Origin: TPA_inf: Saccharomyces
Lineage: Eukaryota
Direction: 5' to 3'
Length of the DNA stretch: 64,000 nucleotides
Assembly (NCBI GenBank): GCA_000146045.2
Contig: BK006945.2
Span: 384,001 to 448,000, forward strand
Part shown: positions 20,510 through 31,800 of the stretch, piece by piece
How the letters are laid out: each line of letters starts with the position of its first letter
How positions within the stretch are numbered: position 1 is the stretch's first letter
The notes under the pieces: model-generated
The model's database searches: none
Seen by the model: only the letters and a program-made list of their open reading frames with translations
Told to the model about the DNA's origin: nothing
Made by a program: the position numbers and the translations under genes

Positions 20510-22822
20510 TCAGAGAGCATCAGTTTCGTTTGAAAGGGTGCGGTTCGAGTTTTGCTCGTGCGCTGCTGTGGATGGGGGTGGATCCAGTAATCCATGTTTG
20601 CGCATATCATCTCGCAGCTGTTCCTCCATTTTCATTAGGACGCTCCCATCTTTATCCCGGGCGATAGTTTCTTTTACGGGACTTGTGTCATGCGGGCTGT
20701 CAAGCAGGCTTTTTTTGGGAGATGTAAGTTTCTTGTTGATCGAATGTTCTAATTTCTTACCGCCGGTGCAAATCATCCGACTTCTATGCACCATTAGAGC
20801 ATCCTCCCTATTAAATCTCTTTCCGCATGGGCAGATGTATTTCTTGGCATTATGGGAGATTTTGTGTCTTATTAAATCATGATTGCGAACAAACGCCTTG
20901 GTGCAACCGGGAAAGTCGCATGAATACGGTCTATCTTGCAAATGTGTCTGAATATGCGACCTTATGTTGTATCTACGCTTGAATACTTTGTTACAGTTAG
21001 GGTATAAGCACTCGAATAGTTTGTCGGGTAGTTCCTTGACGTACTGGTCAATGGTACCCGGAGGCAGAGTAGTTGGTTTCTTGGTTATTTTCATTGGCGT
21101 AGTCCTAGGTATTATTTCATCTGGTAAAGGAGACGTACTATGCAAAGTGGGGCTTTTGTGAATATCATGTGTGACAGGTGGTACTTGCGGATAGCTTTCC
21201 ACTTCACAGTGACTGTTATTTCGTATGGGTGTCTTAATTTCTAACTGATGATCTGTTAAATCCGGTGCATTTAGAAGCGGAGCTAGGTTACTTCCGTTCT
21301 TTGGTGGAGCTTTGACGGGAGTATGTTGAAATACATGTTTTTGTGGCAAAGAATTCTTAATTGGAGTGTTATTGCTGGAACCAGGAATAGGAGGTAGTAC
21401 ACTTGATGACGCTAAAGCGTTTGCATTTCTTAATGTTGGGTTCTGGGTATTTCGCATGTGGATGGGTTCAGTGTCATCCTGCAGTTGTGATATTGTCGAG
21501 ACCGTGGAAACTACGGATTCCCTTTTCTTGTGGATAGGTGACAACTGTGTTCTAGGCGTGAACGTGCCAGCAGCATATCGATCATCCCTGCTTTTATCTG
21601 TGCCGACGAGGAAGGGCGATCTCAAACTATTTCCATTTATCCTTGGAGAGATACTTAGCCCACCCGGGGAAGTCTTTTCGAACAGACGGAATATGTTATC
21701 ACCAGTACTATTTTTTTTATCATTATTGTTTTTATCACTGGTGTTATTATGGTCATTATAAGTCAAGCCGTCCAAGTTTAAATTATAATTTTGTGGAGAA
21801 AATGAAAGCAGTTCAGAATCTCTCAAATAACCACTGTTAGAGGAAAAAAGGTTCAATCCATTACTTTCTGGGCTTTTATTTGGATATCGTTGCCTATGGT
21901 ATTTCCTGGATGGTGAACCATTTATTGAAGTATTTGACATCCGAGGCGATATTAACGTCGGAGGAGGAAATTGATATCCGCCATTTGCAGAGTTCGTTGT
22001 GACGATTATAGCATTATCTTTCATTCTACCGTTTTGCATGGCAGGTGTCTTTAGTATTACTGGAGATCCAGGTTTGGAATTAGAATTTGTAGCCCCAGAA
22101 ACCAACTTCTGCGCCACCTCTTCTTGCTCTTCTAATACTTTACGCAACTTTTCTTGCTGTATTTGATTGTCTCTCAACTGCTTCTCCAATTTTTCGTTCA
22201 CTTCCTTTTGTTTTTCAAGAGCAATTCTTAACTCCTCCTGCTGTTTCAACAAAACTTGGCTCAAATAGCTATTTTCACCATCATTTTCCCTTATATGGTC
22301 AAAGTCATCATTGTTATTTTTTACCGTATTATGATTACCCAATTCATTTATGAGTTCCATGGGTTGCGGATCTTTAGACATATTTAGAATGGATTGCTGT
22401 AAACTGGAAATACTCAATGTCTTATTATGGCCGAGAAATCCAAATATCGCTGTGCCACTTAGACCTCTCTTGTGTGAGGACATTGATTTTTTGCTATAGT
22501 GGGAGACTTTGTTGTTTTCATCACCAAGGTTCCAAGTTCTATCAATATTCTTTTTATCAGAAGAACCATCGCCCGTCTTAGGAGAAGGCACTAAAGGAAT
22601 ATCCAGATCTCTTAACTCTTGAGTCAACAGGTCATCGATGTTATAGTAGTCCATACCTAACAAGTTATCGAGGCCATCATCGTTTTCATTATTCAAAATA
22701 TAATTGTCGGGTGGGGGTATGGTAGGATTGACATTATCATGATGTTGAACATACTCCTCATCTTGAGTGTCTTTCGCGAAGCCTGAGGGATTTATATACC
22801 ACGGATCTACAACGTTATCCAT
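20510..22822 (-). CDS. ACE2: C2H2 zinc-finger transcription factor (Swi5 paralog).
   Basis: 770 aa. The C-terminus carries three zinc fingers (FECLYPNCNKVFKRRYNIRSHIQTH, YSCDFPGCTKAFVRNHDLIRHKISH, CPCGKRFNREDALMVHR). Confidence 0.9.
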   Translation of the reverse strand: MDNVVDPWYINPSGFAKDTQDEEYVQHHDNVNPTIPPPDNYILNNENDDGLDNLLGMDYYNIDDLLTQELRDLDIPLVPSPKTGDGSSDKKNIDRTWNLGDENNKVSHYSKKSMSSHKRGLSGTAIFGFLGHNKTLSISSLQQSILNMSKDPQPMELINELGNHNTVKNNNDDFDHIRENDGENSYLSQVLLKQQEELRIALEKQKEVNEKLEKQLRDNQIQQEKLRKVLEEQEEVAQKLVSGATNSNSKPGSPVILKTPAMQNGRMKDNAIIVTTNSANGGYQFPPPTLISPRMSNTSINGSPSRKYHRQRYPNKSPESNGLNLFSSNSGYLRDSELLSFSPQNYNLNLDGLTYNDHNNTSDKNNNDKKNSTGDNIFRLFEKTSPGGLSISPRINGNSLRSPFLVGTDKSRDDRYAAGTFTPRTQLSPIHKKRESVVSTVSTISQLQDDTEPIHMRNTQNPTLRNANALASSSVLPPIPGSSNNTPIKNSLPQKHVFQHTPVKAPPKNGSNLAPLLNAPDLTDHQLEIKTPIRNNSHCEVESYPQVPPVTHDIHKSPTLHSTSPLPDEIIPRTTPMKITKKPTTLPPGTIDQYVKELPDKLFECLYPNCNKVFKRRYNIRSHIQTHLQDRPYSCDFPGCTKAFVRNHDLIRHKISHNAKKYICPCGKRFNREDALMVHRSRMICTGGKKLEHSINKKLTSPKKSLLDSPHDTSPVKETIARDKDGSVLMKMEEQLRDDMRKHGLLDPPPSTAAHEQNSNRTLSNETDAL

Positions 22823-23282
22823 GATTGTATTAACACCGTTTTTGGTCCTATAGATTTCTTTAGTTATTTCTTGAATTTATGCCTTGTATTTTTTTCTTCT
22901 AGCACTTTAACTGTTGCTTGAGTCTCCCTGCAACGTAGCTTTTGTTTGCTAGGTACAATGCCGAGAGAGGTTGTTATAAGTTTATGTGTACTATAAAACC
23001 CTTAATGAAAGAAAAGGGACAGAAATATTGCGAGTAAACAAACAGTACTCCCTCCTTAATATTTGCCCGTTAATGGCTAAATGCTTTCTGGAGTTGATTT
23101 ACTAGCTACAAGCATCCTTATCCTTTACCTGTAAACCAAAAGTGTCCTGAAATTTTCCCAAAGTGCCAATGTTTACATTTTGCCGTTTTGAGATATATAT
23201 CGTATATTATGACAACCTTCACCTATCTGACGAGCCGCTCTCAGTGCCCCGGTATTTTTGGGCGGCTATTCCTATAACACTA

Positions 23283-24155
23283 TTAGTTAAAAGGGATTCT
23301 AATGGAGTGACGGTTTTCATCACAATAGATAGAGTTAACTAAGAACTCTAGTTTGTATGCAAAGTCATTATTGAGTAGTAAAAGCGCCCCCATCGTCTCG
23401 TTTAATTGTTGATAACGTTTTAATGTGGCTTTTGAAGGGTTGCTAGCGATGGCAATTGAAACATGTAAATTTTGCCTACTTACAATTAAATCCTGATAGT
23501 TTGAAATGCCTGATTTCTGAAGTGCCTCAGCTATTATCGTTTTGAAAGGAGAAATTTGTGCCTTATTGGGACATTCTGAGACAGGGAGACCGAGGTACAA
23601 GGTGTTGGCTCGTTCTGATATATATAACTTCGGATATGAGCAGATTTGAAGTTTAAAAGGGGTTATTTCATTATTTCGTAAACCATTACGCATTTCTTGA
23701 ATGAAAACATGTCTTTGTTCTTCAGTTTCAAACAACAACGATCGAGTTAAGGAAACGTGTAAAGGTTTGGGGGCTCCCAAGTGTGAGATGAACAACGGGT
23801 CAAAATCCACCAGTTGATACGGATTAGTGTATTCCTGTTTCATAAATGTTTCTTTATATTTACATATGATTTTCTGAAGTTGTCGGTGAATCGCTGGAGT
23901 CGGACGCCACTCAAAATATGTGAACGAACGCCAAAATCGACTCATATTCATATCCTGGTGCTCGTACTTTTGTAAATTCGGAGGGATGTGGTACTTCAAT
24001 ATAATTGAATCCGGTATTGCAGGTAAATCAGTGGAATCGGCTTTCTGTATGCAAGTTTTCTCCGTGTATTCGATTTGGACCTCACTTTTGTTACTACTTT
24101 CGCTCTCGGTATCACTACCGTCACTGCTAGAATAGTCTGCAGATATGAATTCCAT
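23283..24155 (-). CDS. USB1: U6 snRNA 3'-end phosphodiesterase of the 2H family.
   Basis: It has two H-x-S/T motifs (KPLHVSLT and NLHVSIA). The track ORF of 303 aa begins at a GTG. The first ATG (reverse complement of 24153..24155, [10 protein letters not shown]) gives 290 aa. Confidence 0.8.
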
Positions 24156-24444
24156 AGGCCAGTCTTCTTCTAAGCGATTGGTAACCTCCTTCACTTTAGA
24201 ACACCACCAACAGATCGTTCTCTTGTTCTTTGTTCTTTATGGTATAATATTCACATGGTGCTCTACCGTTTTTCTTGTCGGCCCAGCCGGTTAAATCTCG
24301 AAGAGACAGAATAGAAGCTCTGTGGCTGTAAGTAAGGATAAGCCAAATGGAAAAGTTATAGAATTAGGACAACAATATACAGTTTTTTTTTGTACTCTTA
24401 TAGAATACACACACATAGATACGCACGTAAAATTAGAGCAAAAG

Positions 24445-26193
24445 ATGGTACAAGAATCACGTCCAGGGAGTGTAAGAAGTTACTCGGTCGGTTACCAAGC
24501 AAGGTCCAGATCGAGTTCTCAAAGAAGACATTCGTTAACACGCCAACGTTCCTCGCAAAGACTGATTAGAACCATCAGTATCGAGTCTGATGTGTCTAAT
24601 ATTACTGACGATGACGATTTGAGAGCTGTCAATGAGGGAGTAGCGGGTGTGCAACTGGACGTCTCTGAAACCGCAAATAAGGGACCAAGAAGAGCATCAG
24701 CAACTGATGTCACAGATAGTTTGGGTTCGACTTCGTCGGAATATATTGAGATTCCCTTTGTTAAGGAAACATTGGATGCAAGTTTACCTTCGGATTATCT
24801 GAAGCAGGACATATTAAATCTCATTCAGAGTTTGAAGATATCCAAATGGTATAACAACAAGAAAATCCAACCGGTAGCACAAGATATGAACTTAGTCAAG
24901 ATCTCTGGTGCGATGACAAACGCAATTTTCAAAGTTGAATACCCTAAGTTACCATCGTTGCTATTGAGAATATACGGACCGAATATTGATAATATCATTG
25001 ACAGGGAATATGAATTGCAGATTTTGGCTAGGCTTTCATTGAAAAATATAGGTCCTTCCCTTTACGGCTGTTTTGTAAACGGTAGATTTGAGCAGTTTCT
25101 GGAGAATTCTAAGACTTTAACAAAAGACGACATTAGAAACTGGAAGAACTCTCAAAGGATTGCAAGGAGAATGAAGGAGTTACATGTAGGTGTTCCTCTC
25201 TTGAGTTCAGAAAGGAAGAACGGGTCGGCTTGTTGGCAAAAGATTAACCAGTGGTTGCGCACGATTGAGAAAGTCGACCAATGGGTGGGGGATCCTAAAA
25301 ACATTGAAAACTCTTTATTATGTGAGAATTGGTCCAAGTTTATGGATATTGTCGATAGATATCACAAGTGGCTTATTTCTCAAGAACAGGGTATAGAGCA
25401 AGTCAACAAAAATCTTATATTCTGCCATAATGATGCCCAATACGGCAATTTACTTTTCACTGCTCCTGTGATGAACACACCGAGCCTATACACTGCACCT
25501 TCGTCTACATCATTGACTTCCCAATCAAGTTCCTTATTTCCTTCGAGCTCCAATGTCATTGTAGATGATATAATCAACCCGCCAAAGCAGGAGCAAAGCC
25601 AAGATTCCAAATTGGTCGTCATTGATTTTGAATATGCAGGTGCCAATCCCGCCGCATATGATTTAGCGAATCATCTTTCCGAGTGGATGTATGATTACAA
25701 CAATGCTAAGGCCCCACATCAGTGCCACGCTGATAGATATCCCGATAAAGAACAGGTTTTGAATTTCTTATACTCTTATGTTTCGCATCTAAGGGGTGGT
25801 GCTAAGGAACCCATAGATGAAGAGGTTCAAAGACTCTATAAGTCAATCATTCAATGGAGACCCACTGTACAACTATTTTGGTCGCTCTGGGCCATCCTAC
25901 AAAGTGGTAAATTAGAGAAAAAAGAAGCCTCCACTGCCATCACTAGAGAAGAAATTGGACCCAATGGAAAAAAATATATCATCAAGACTGAACCCGAATC
26001 CCCTGAAGAAGACTTTGTTGAAAATGACGACGAGCCTGAAGCTGGCGTCAGCATTGACACGTTCGATTATATGGCTTATGGTCGTGACAAGATTGCGGTC
26101 TTTTGGGGCGACCTCATTGGCTTAGGCATAATCACCGAAGAAGAATGCAAAAATTTCAGCTCTTTCAAGTTCCTCGATACTAGTTATTTGTAA
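24445..26193 (+). CDS. CKI1: Choline kinase.
   Basis: It has the Brenner motif HNDAQYGNLLF and the choline kinase motif VIDFEYAGANPAAYDLANH. The first ATG is at 24445 (MVQESRPGS), giving 582 aa. The track ORF extends upstream through a non-ATG start. Confidence 0.85.
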   Translation: MVQESRPGSVRSYSVGYQARSRSSSQRRHSLTRQRSSQRLIRTISIESDVSNITDDDDLRAVNEGVAGVQLDVSETANKGPRRASATDVTDSLGSTSSEYIEIPFVKETLDASLPSDYLKQDILNLIQSLKISKWYNNKKIQPVAQDMNLVKISGAMTNAIFKVEYPKLPSLLLRIYGPNIDNIIDREYELQILARLSLKNIGPSLYGCFVNGRFEQFLENSKTLTKDDIRNWKNSQRIARRMKELHVGVPLLSSERKNGSACWQKINQWLRTIEKVDQWVGDPKNIENSLLCENWSKFMDIVDRYHKWLISQEQGIEQVNKNLIFCHNDAQYGNLLFTAPVMNTPSLYTAPSSTSLTSQSSSLFPSSSNVIVDDIINPPKQEQSQDSKLVVIDFEYAGANPAAYDLANHLSEWMYDYNNAKAPHQCHADRYPDKEQVLNFLYSYVSHLRGGAKEPIDEEVQRLYKSIIQWRPTVQLFWSLWAILQSGKLEKKEASTAITREEIGPNGKKYIIKTEPESPEEDFVENDDEPEAGVSIDTFDYMAYGRDKIAVFWGDLIGLGIITEEECKNFSSFKFLDTSYL

Positions 26194-26722
26194 TACGTAT
26201 ACGAATTCCTTCAACAAAGGCCAAGGAAATAAAGCAAATAACAATAACACCATTATTTTAATTTTTTTTCTATTACTGTCGCTAACACCTGTATGGTTGC
26301 AACCAGGTGAGAATCCTTCTGATGCATACTTTATGCGTTTATGCGTTTTGCGCCCCTTGGAAAAAAATTGATTCTCATCGTAAATGCATACTACATGCGT
26401 TTATGGGAAAAGCCTCCATATCCAAAGGTCGCGTTTCTTTTAGAAAAACTAATACGTAAACCTGCATTAAGGTAAGATTATATCAGAAAATGTGTTGCAA
26501 GAAATGCATTATGCAATTTTTTGATTATGACAATCTCTCGAAAGAAATTTCATATGATGAGACTTGAATAATGCAGCGGCGCTTGCTAAAAGAACTTGTA
26601 TATAAGAGCTGCCATTCTCGATCAATATACTGTAGTAAGTCCTTTCCTCTCTTTCTTATTACACTTATTTCACATAATCAATCTCAAAGAGAACAACACA
26701 ATACAATAACAAGAAGAACAAA

Positions 26723-28414
26723 ATGTCTGAAATAACCTTAGGTAAATATTTATTTGAAAGATTGAGCCAAGTCAACTGTAACACCGTCTTCGGTTTGCCA
26801 GGTGACTTTAACTTGTCTCTTTTGGATAAGCTTTATGAAGTCAAAGGTATGAGATGGGCTGGTAACGCTAACGAATTGAACGCTGCCTATGCTGCTGATG
26901 GTTACGCTCGTATCAAGGGTATGTCCTGTATTATTACCACCTTCGGTGTTGGTGAATTGTCTGCTTTGAATGGTATTGCCGGTTCTTACGCTGAACATGT
27001 CGGTGTTTTGCACGTTGTTGGTGTTCCATCCATCTCTTCTCAAGCTAAGCAATTGTTGTTGCATCATACCTTGGGTAACGGTGACTTCACTGTTTTCCAC
27101 AGAATGTCTGCCAACATTTCTGAAACCACTGCCATGATCACTGATATTGCTAACGCTCCAGCTGAAATTGACAGATGTATCAGAACCACCTACACTACCC
27201 AAAGACCAGTCTACTTGGGTTTGCCAGCTAACTTGGTTGACTTGAACGTCCCAGCCAAGTTATTGGAAACTCCAATTGACTTGTCTTTGAAGCCAAACGA
27301 CGCTGAAGCTGAAGCTGAAGTTGTTAGAACTGTTGTTGAATTGATCAAGGATGCTAAGAACCCAGTTATCTTGGCTGATGCTTGTGCTTCTAGACATGAT
27401 GTCAAGGCTGAAACTAAGAAGTTGATGGACTTGACTCAATTCCCAGTTTACGTCACCCCAATGGGTAAGGGTGCTATTGACGAACAACACCCAAGATACG
27501 GTGGTGTTTACGTTGGTACCTTGTCTAGACCAGAAGTTAAGAAGGCTGTAGAATCTGCTGATTTGATATTGTCTATCGGTGCTTTGTTGTCTGATTTCAA
27601 TACCGGTTCTTTCTCTTACTCCTACAAGACCAAAAATATCGTTGAATTCCACTCTGACCACATCAAGATCAGAAACGCCACCTTCCCAGGTGTTCAAATG
27701 AAATTTGCCTTGCAAAAATTGTTGGATGCTATTCCAGAAGTCGTCAAGGACTACAAACCTGTTGCTGTCCCAGCTAGAGTTCCAATTACCAAGTCTACTC
27801 CAGCTAACACTCCAATGAAGCAAGAATGGATGTGGAACCATTTGGGTAACTTCTTGAGAGAAGGTGATATTGTTATTGCTGAAACCGGTACTTCCGCCTT
27901 CGGTATTAACCAAACTACTTTCCCAACAGATGTATACGCTATCGTCCAAGTCTTGTGGGGTTCCATTGGTTTCACAGTCGGCGCTCTATTGGGTGCTACT
28001 ATGGCCGCTGAAGAACTTGATCCAAAGAAGAGAGTTATTTTATTCATTGGTGACGGTTCTCTACAATTGACTGTTCAAGAAATCTCTACCATGATTAGAT
28101 GGGGTTTGAAGCCATACATTTTTGTCTTGAATAACAACGGTTACACCATTGAAAAATTGATTCACGGTCCTCATGCCGAATATAATGAAATTCAAGGTTG
28201 GGACCACTTGGCCTTATTGCCAACTTTTGGTGCTAGAAACTACGAAACCCACAGAGTTGCTACCACTGGTGAATGGGAAAAGTTGACTCAAGACAAGGAC
28301 TTCCAAGACAACTCTAAGATTAGAATGATTGAAGTTATGTTGCCAGTCTTTGATGCTCCACAAAACTTGGTTAAACAAGCTCAATTGACTGCCGCTACTA
28401 ACGCTAAACAATAA
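26723..28414 (+). CDS. PDC5: Pyruvate decarboxylase isozyme (TPP-dependent).
   Basis: 563 aa beginning MSEITLGKYLFERL, with the TPP-binding GDGS...NNNGY motif. It shows very strong glycolytic-type codon bias. Its position beside SLX4 points to PDC5 rather than PDC1. Confidence 0.85.
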   Translation: MSEITLGKYLFERLSQVNCNTVFGLPGDFNLSLLDKLYEVKGMRWAGNANELNAAYAADGYARIKGMSCIITTFGVGELSALNGIAGSYAEHVGVLHVVGVPSISSQAKQLLLHHTLGNGDFTVFHRMSANISETTAMITDIANAPAEIDRCIRTTYTTQRPVYLGLPANLVDLNVPAKLLETPIDLSLKPNDAEAEAEVVRTVVELIKDAKNPVILADACASRHDVKAETKKLMDLTQFPVYVTPMGKGAIDEQHPRYGGVYVGTLSRPEVKKAVESADLILSIGALLSDFNTGSFSYSYKTKNIVEFHSDHIKIRNATFPGVQMKFALQKLLDAIPEVVKDYKPVAVPARVPITKSTPANTPMKQEWMWNHLGNFLREGDIVIAETGTSAFGINQTTFPTDVYAIVQVLWGSIGFTVGALLGATMAAEELDPKKRVILFIGDGSLQLTVQEISTMIRWGLKPYIFVLNNNGYTIEKLIHGPHAEYNEIQGWDHLALLPTFGARNYETHRVATTGEWEKLTQDKDFQDNSKIRMIEVMLPVFDAPQNLVKQAQLTAATNAKQ

Positions 28415-29280
28415 GCTAATTAACATAAAACTCATGATTCAACGTTTGTGTATTTTTTTACTTTTGAAGGTTATAGATGTTTAGGTAAATAATTGGCATA
28501 GATATAGTTTTAGTATAATAAATTTCTGATTTGGTTTAAAATATCAACTATTTTTTTTCACATATGTTCTTGTAATTACTTTTCTGTCCTGTCTTCCAGG
28601 TTAAAGATTAGCTTCTAATATTTTAGGTGGTTTATTATTTAATTTTATGCTGATTAATTTATTTACTTTCGTATTCGGTTTTGTACCTTTAGCTATGATC
28701 TTAGCTAATTGAAGAGGGTGGTGTGATCTTTAACCATACCTTATTATCTTTCAGCTGCTTACCATTTTCTTATATTGATTTTTAGCGAAAGATTTTTATT
28801 CACAAGCTTTTTTTATCCTTAATGCTCGAATACTACAACAAAACAAAAAACATTAAACAGTTTTTAATTTTGTGAACAAACTGAATTACAAGGCCTTACA
28901 TCTTATTTAGAATATATTAAGAAACAGAGGCCAACATGCCTTCTTAATTATATTGATATGGACCTCTGTCCTTCCTAAAAACGGGTTTTTGTTCGATGAA
29001 AAATCACCAGTAGAGCACCATATATGAATTTACAATCATTGTAGGGAAAAGAAAACTTGTTCTGCTTCGCCAATTGATTTCATTTCTTTTTTTCCTTTGT
29101 TTTTGTTGTATACTATTAATATGCGTAGTTCTTTGTCACTTAGTGGTTTTTTGTTTAATTTATAACGCGAAAGCTGCATACTAAAAATATAGAGATGAAT
29201 GGAACTCCGAACAAGCAAGAGAGATATTATCTATCTCTGTTCCATAATAATAACCAGTAGTTCAGTTGGGGAACTTAATA

Positions 29281-31527
29281 ATGGAACTTCAGAGGGCACA
29301 ACGGAATTTGAAGTTTTTACAAAACGAGGATTATGTGAACGTTACCGATCAAACTAACCTGAATGGAGAGAGCCAGAATGCTTACTCTTTAGGAATGGAA
29401 ACTCAAGTACCGGAAATGCAGTTTTCCTTATCATCTGATGATGATTCAATAGGTACGCAAGTAAAAAGCGTAACTGCACAAAAATCGCCTATGACGCAAG
29501 AGACTACGAAAAACGATACAGAAAGAAATAAAGATGTTGATAAAAGTTGTAACCCAGTCAGCACTTCCCATCCCGATTTAGGCGGATCAAATATCGAGGA
29601 GAACATATTCATTAACACTCAAATTCAAAGCCGACTTGATGACGCAGAGGAAGAAACAAATCTTAAGTTAAAACTTGAAAAATTCAAGTATTCGTTCAAG
29701 AGTAGTAACGCAGATGATACCCACAGCAATGCAAATGTAACAGCTAAAAGAAGACCAGCAATAAGGAAGGCTAATTCGAAACTCAAAACAAAACCTAAAA
29801 CTAAACGAGACCCTAAAATTATCAAAAATATAACTGATTTCAATATTAATAACTACGAACGTTCAAGGACTGCCAGCTTATTAAAGCAATTATCAGGTAA
29901 GCACAAGAAGGTTTTGGACATAATAAAGACGCAAAATGAAGGAAACAGTGATAAACCTCCCAGAGCAAGGAATAACAAGGGTGAAAAAGCTACTTTTGAT
30001 ACATATAGTGAACAGGAGTGGAAAGATATTATGAAACTTCTTCTACAAAAGTTTCCGCAAAGTGAGGAAACGGATTTGAATGAAGTCCAGAAATTTTTAT
30101 ATGGAAGCGAAAAAAGCTCGAATTCTCTAGACAATCAAGAATCCTCACAACAAAGACTTTGGACAGCATCACAATTACCACCCGAGCTTCCCGATGAGGC
30201 TATTCAACCAGAGCAGGAAGAAAGGATACGCGATACCCAAAGTGCAGTAAATTTCTTATCGTTGTCTCAAGTAATGGATGACAAAAGTGAAATTATGAAA
30301 GACGAAGAAAGCATAATTATTTCACGGGGAGATTCTACAAGCTCTCAAGAATATGGAAACGGGTTAGAGCCACAACAACCGGTAGGAAATGTTGTTGGTG
30401 AAGATATTGAACTGGCTGTGGGAACACGTATAAATGCATTTTCACTGACAGATTATAAAGCTTGCAAACCTATGTCTGTTGAGGTAAGTAGAAGATGCGA
30501 AAACAGTACGGATAATGATTATGACAATATTTCTATTGTCTCAGATACTACAGATGAGACATCCACATTGTTTCCACTAGACCAGTATCGGTATGTTTTC
30601 ATTGAAAATGATGAAAGACCACCATTAGCCACCGACACGATAGGCAGCACACAGTTTTTCACTCCAAACACATCGCCTTTGGATGGGATAATCGATTTAA
30701 CACAGGAATCATTCAAAGCTGTTCGATCGTTAATATCACCTTTGAAAGTAGAAAACAACAAAACAGGGGTAACATCACAAGCATCAAATCAGGTTCAGGT
30801 ACCAGCTACAAGAACCCCTACAATTATTCCTCAAAAGAACCTTACTACAACTTTAAAAACTGAAGAAGAAAAGAATAACATAGGAAGTTCCATCAGAGTT
30901 AAATTATTGCAAGAAAGCGTAGTTAAGCTAAACCCCAAACTGGTGAAACATAACTTTTATAGAGTTGAGGCAAATGATTCTGAAGAAGAGGAGACAGAAT
31001 TTGATGACCAATTCTGCATTGCTGATATCCAATTGGTAGATTCCTCCAAAATTTCGACTAAAGATTCTACACAAAATCCTACTACTAGCAACGACATTAT
31101 TGATACCTCTGCAGCTAGTTCCATAGCTTCTCCCGAGAAATTTTGTGAGATCATGATGTCCCAATCAATGAAAGAGCTTCGACAAAGCTTGAAAACAGTG
31201 GGGTTGAAACCTATGAGGACGAAGGTTGAAATCATTCAATCCTTACAAACTGCATCTCAAATTCTGTCCACAGCTAATCCAGATAATAAAGGTGAGCATG
31301 GTGGGGTGGCAAATTTCAGTAAGATAGAAATATTTGATCATTTAACCGAACTAATTGAAGCCTTCCCTGATTTTTTGGAGCGAATATATACCTTTGAACC
31401 CATTCCGCTAAATGAGCTAATTGAAAAGCTGTTCAGCGCCGAGCCATTTGTTTCGCAAATCGACGAAATGACCATCAGAGAATGGGCCGATGTTCAAGGA
31501 ATATGTCTGAGAAACGATAAAAAGTAG
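29281..31527 (+). CDS. SLX4: Structure-specific endonuclease scaffold subunit.
   Basis: 748 aa from the ATG at 29281 (MELQRAQRNL). The track ORF starts 5 codons upstream at a non-ATG. The protein is long, Ser/Asn-rich and disordered, with a C-terminal helical domain. Confidence 0.8.
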   Translation: MELQRAQRNLKFLQNEDYVNVTDQTNLNGESQNAYSLGMETQVPEMQFSLSSDDDSIGTQVKSVTAQKSPMTQETTKNDTERNKDVDKSCNPVSTSHPDLGGSNIEENIFINTQIQSRLDDAEEETNLKLKLEKFKYSFKSSNADDTHSNANVTAKRRPAIRKANSKLKTKPKTKRDPKIIKNITDFNINNYERSRTASLLKQLSGKHKKVLDIIKTQNEGNSDKPPRARNNKGEKATFDTYSEQEWKDIMKLLLQKFPQSEETDLNEVQKFLYGSEKSSNSLDNQESSQQRLWTASQLPPELPDEAIQPEQEERIRDTQSAVNFLSLSQVMDDKSEIMKDEESIIISRGDSTSSQEYGNGLEPQQPVGNVVGEDIELAVGTRINAFSLTDYKACKPMSVEVSRRCENSTDNDYDNISIVSDTTDETSTLFPLDQYRYVFIENDERPPLATDTIGSTQFFTPNTSPLDGIIDLTQESFKAVRSLISPLKVENNKTGVTSQASNQVQVPATRTPTIIPQKNLTTTLKTEEEKNNIGSSIRVKLLQESVVKLNPKLVKHNFYRVEANDSEEEETEFDDQFCIADIQLVDSSKISTKDSTQNPTTSNDIIDTSAASSIASPEKFCEIMMSQSMKELRQSLKTVGLKPMRTKVEIIQSLQTASQILSTANPDNKGEHGGVANFSKIEIFDHLTELIEAFPDFLERIYTFEPIPLNELIEKLFSAEPFVSQIDEMTIREWADVQGICLRNDKK

Positions 31528-31800
31528 TGCCGAATGATTGAGAATTTGACAAAACAAAAACAAAACAAAACAAACGTTACGTATAGATGAAGAATACACG
31601 TACACAAATATGCATATATACCGTCATGAAGTAGCTTAACTTAAATAAAAGTTTTTTTTTTTTAGAGTTACCAATATCGCAAACATGAAAATGAGAATAA
31701 AAAAAAAAAAGCAGAAAAAAAAAAAGCATAACATGGAGAAAAAAATAATAAATAATTGAGTTTAGTTGAGACGCCGGTCTTCGCCAGGCCAGGAATTGTT

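Noticed and set aside
24322-24444. 5' extensions of the track ORFs for CKI1, SLX4 (29266), RKM5 (32910), USB1 (to 24194) and DCN1 (14816).
   Set aside because: The ORF track allows TTG/GTG/CTG starts. In each case the first in-frame ATG gives the expected protein length and N-terminus, so I call from the ATG.
26750-28435. Multiple ORFs of 64 to 229 aa antisense to PDC5 (26750..27202, 27260..27949, 27751..28047, 28214..28435).
   Set aside because: They are artefacts of extreme codon bias and low stop-codon density on the opposite strand of a very highly expressed gene. They have no motifs and overlap one another.
28440-29265. The AT-rich 0.8-kb interval after PDC5 and other intergenic regions, scanned for an ARS consensus (WTTTAYRTTTW).
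   Set aside because: I found no exact 11/11 ACS match by eye, and near-matches are expected by chance in AT-rich DNA. No origin is called.
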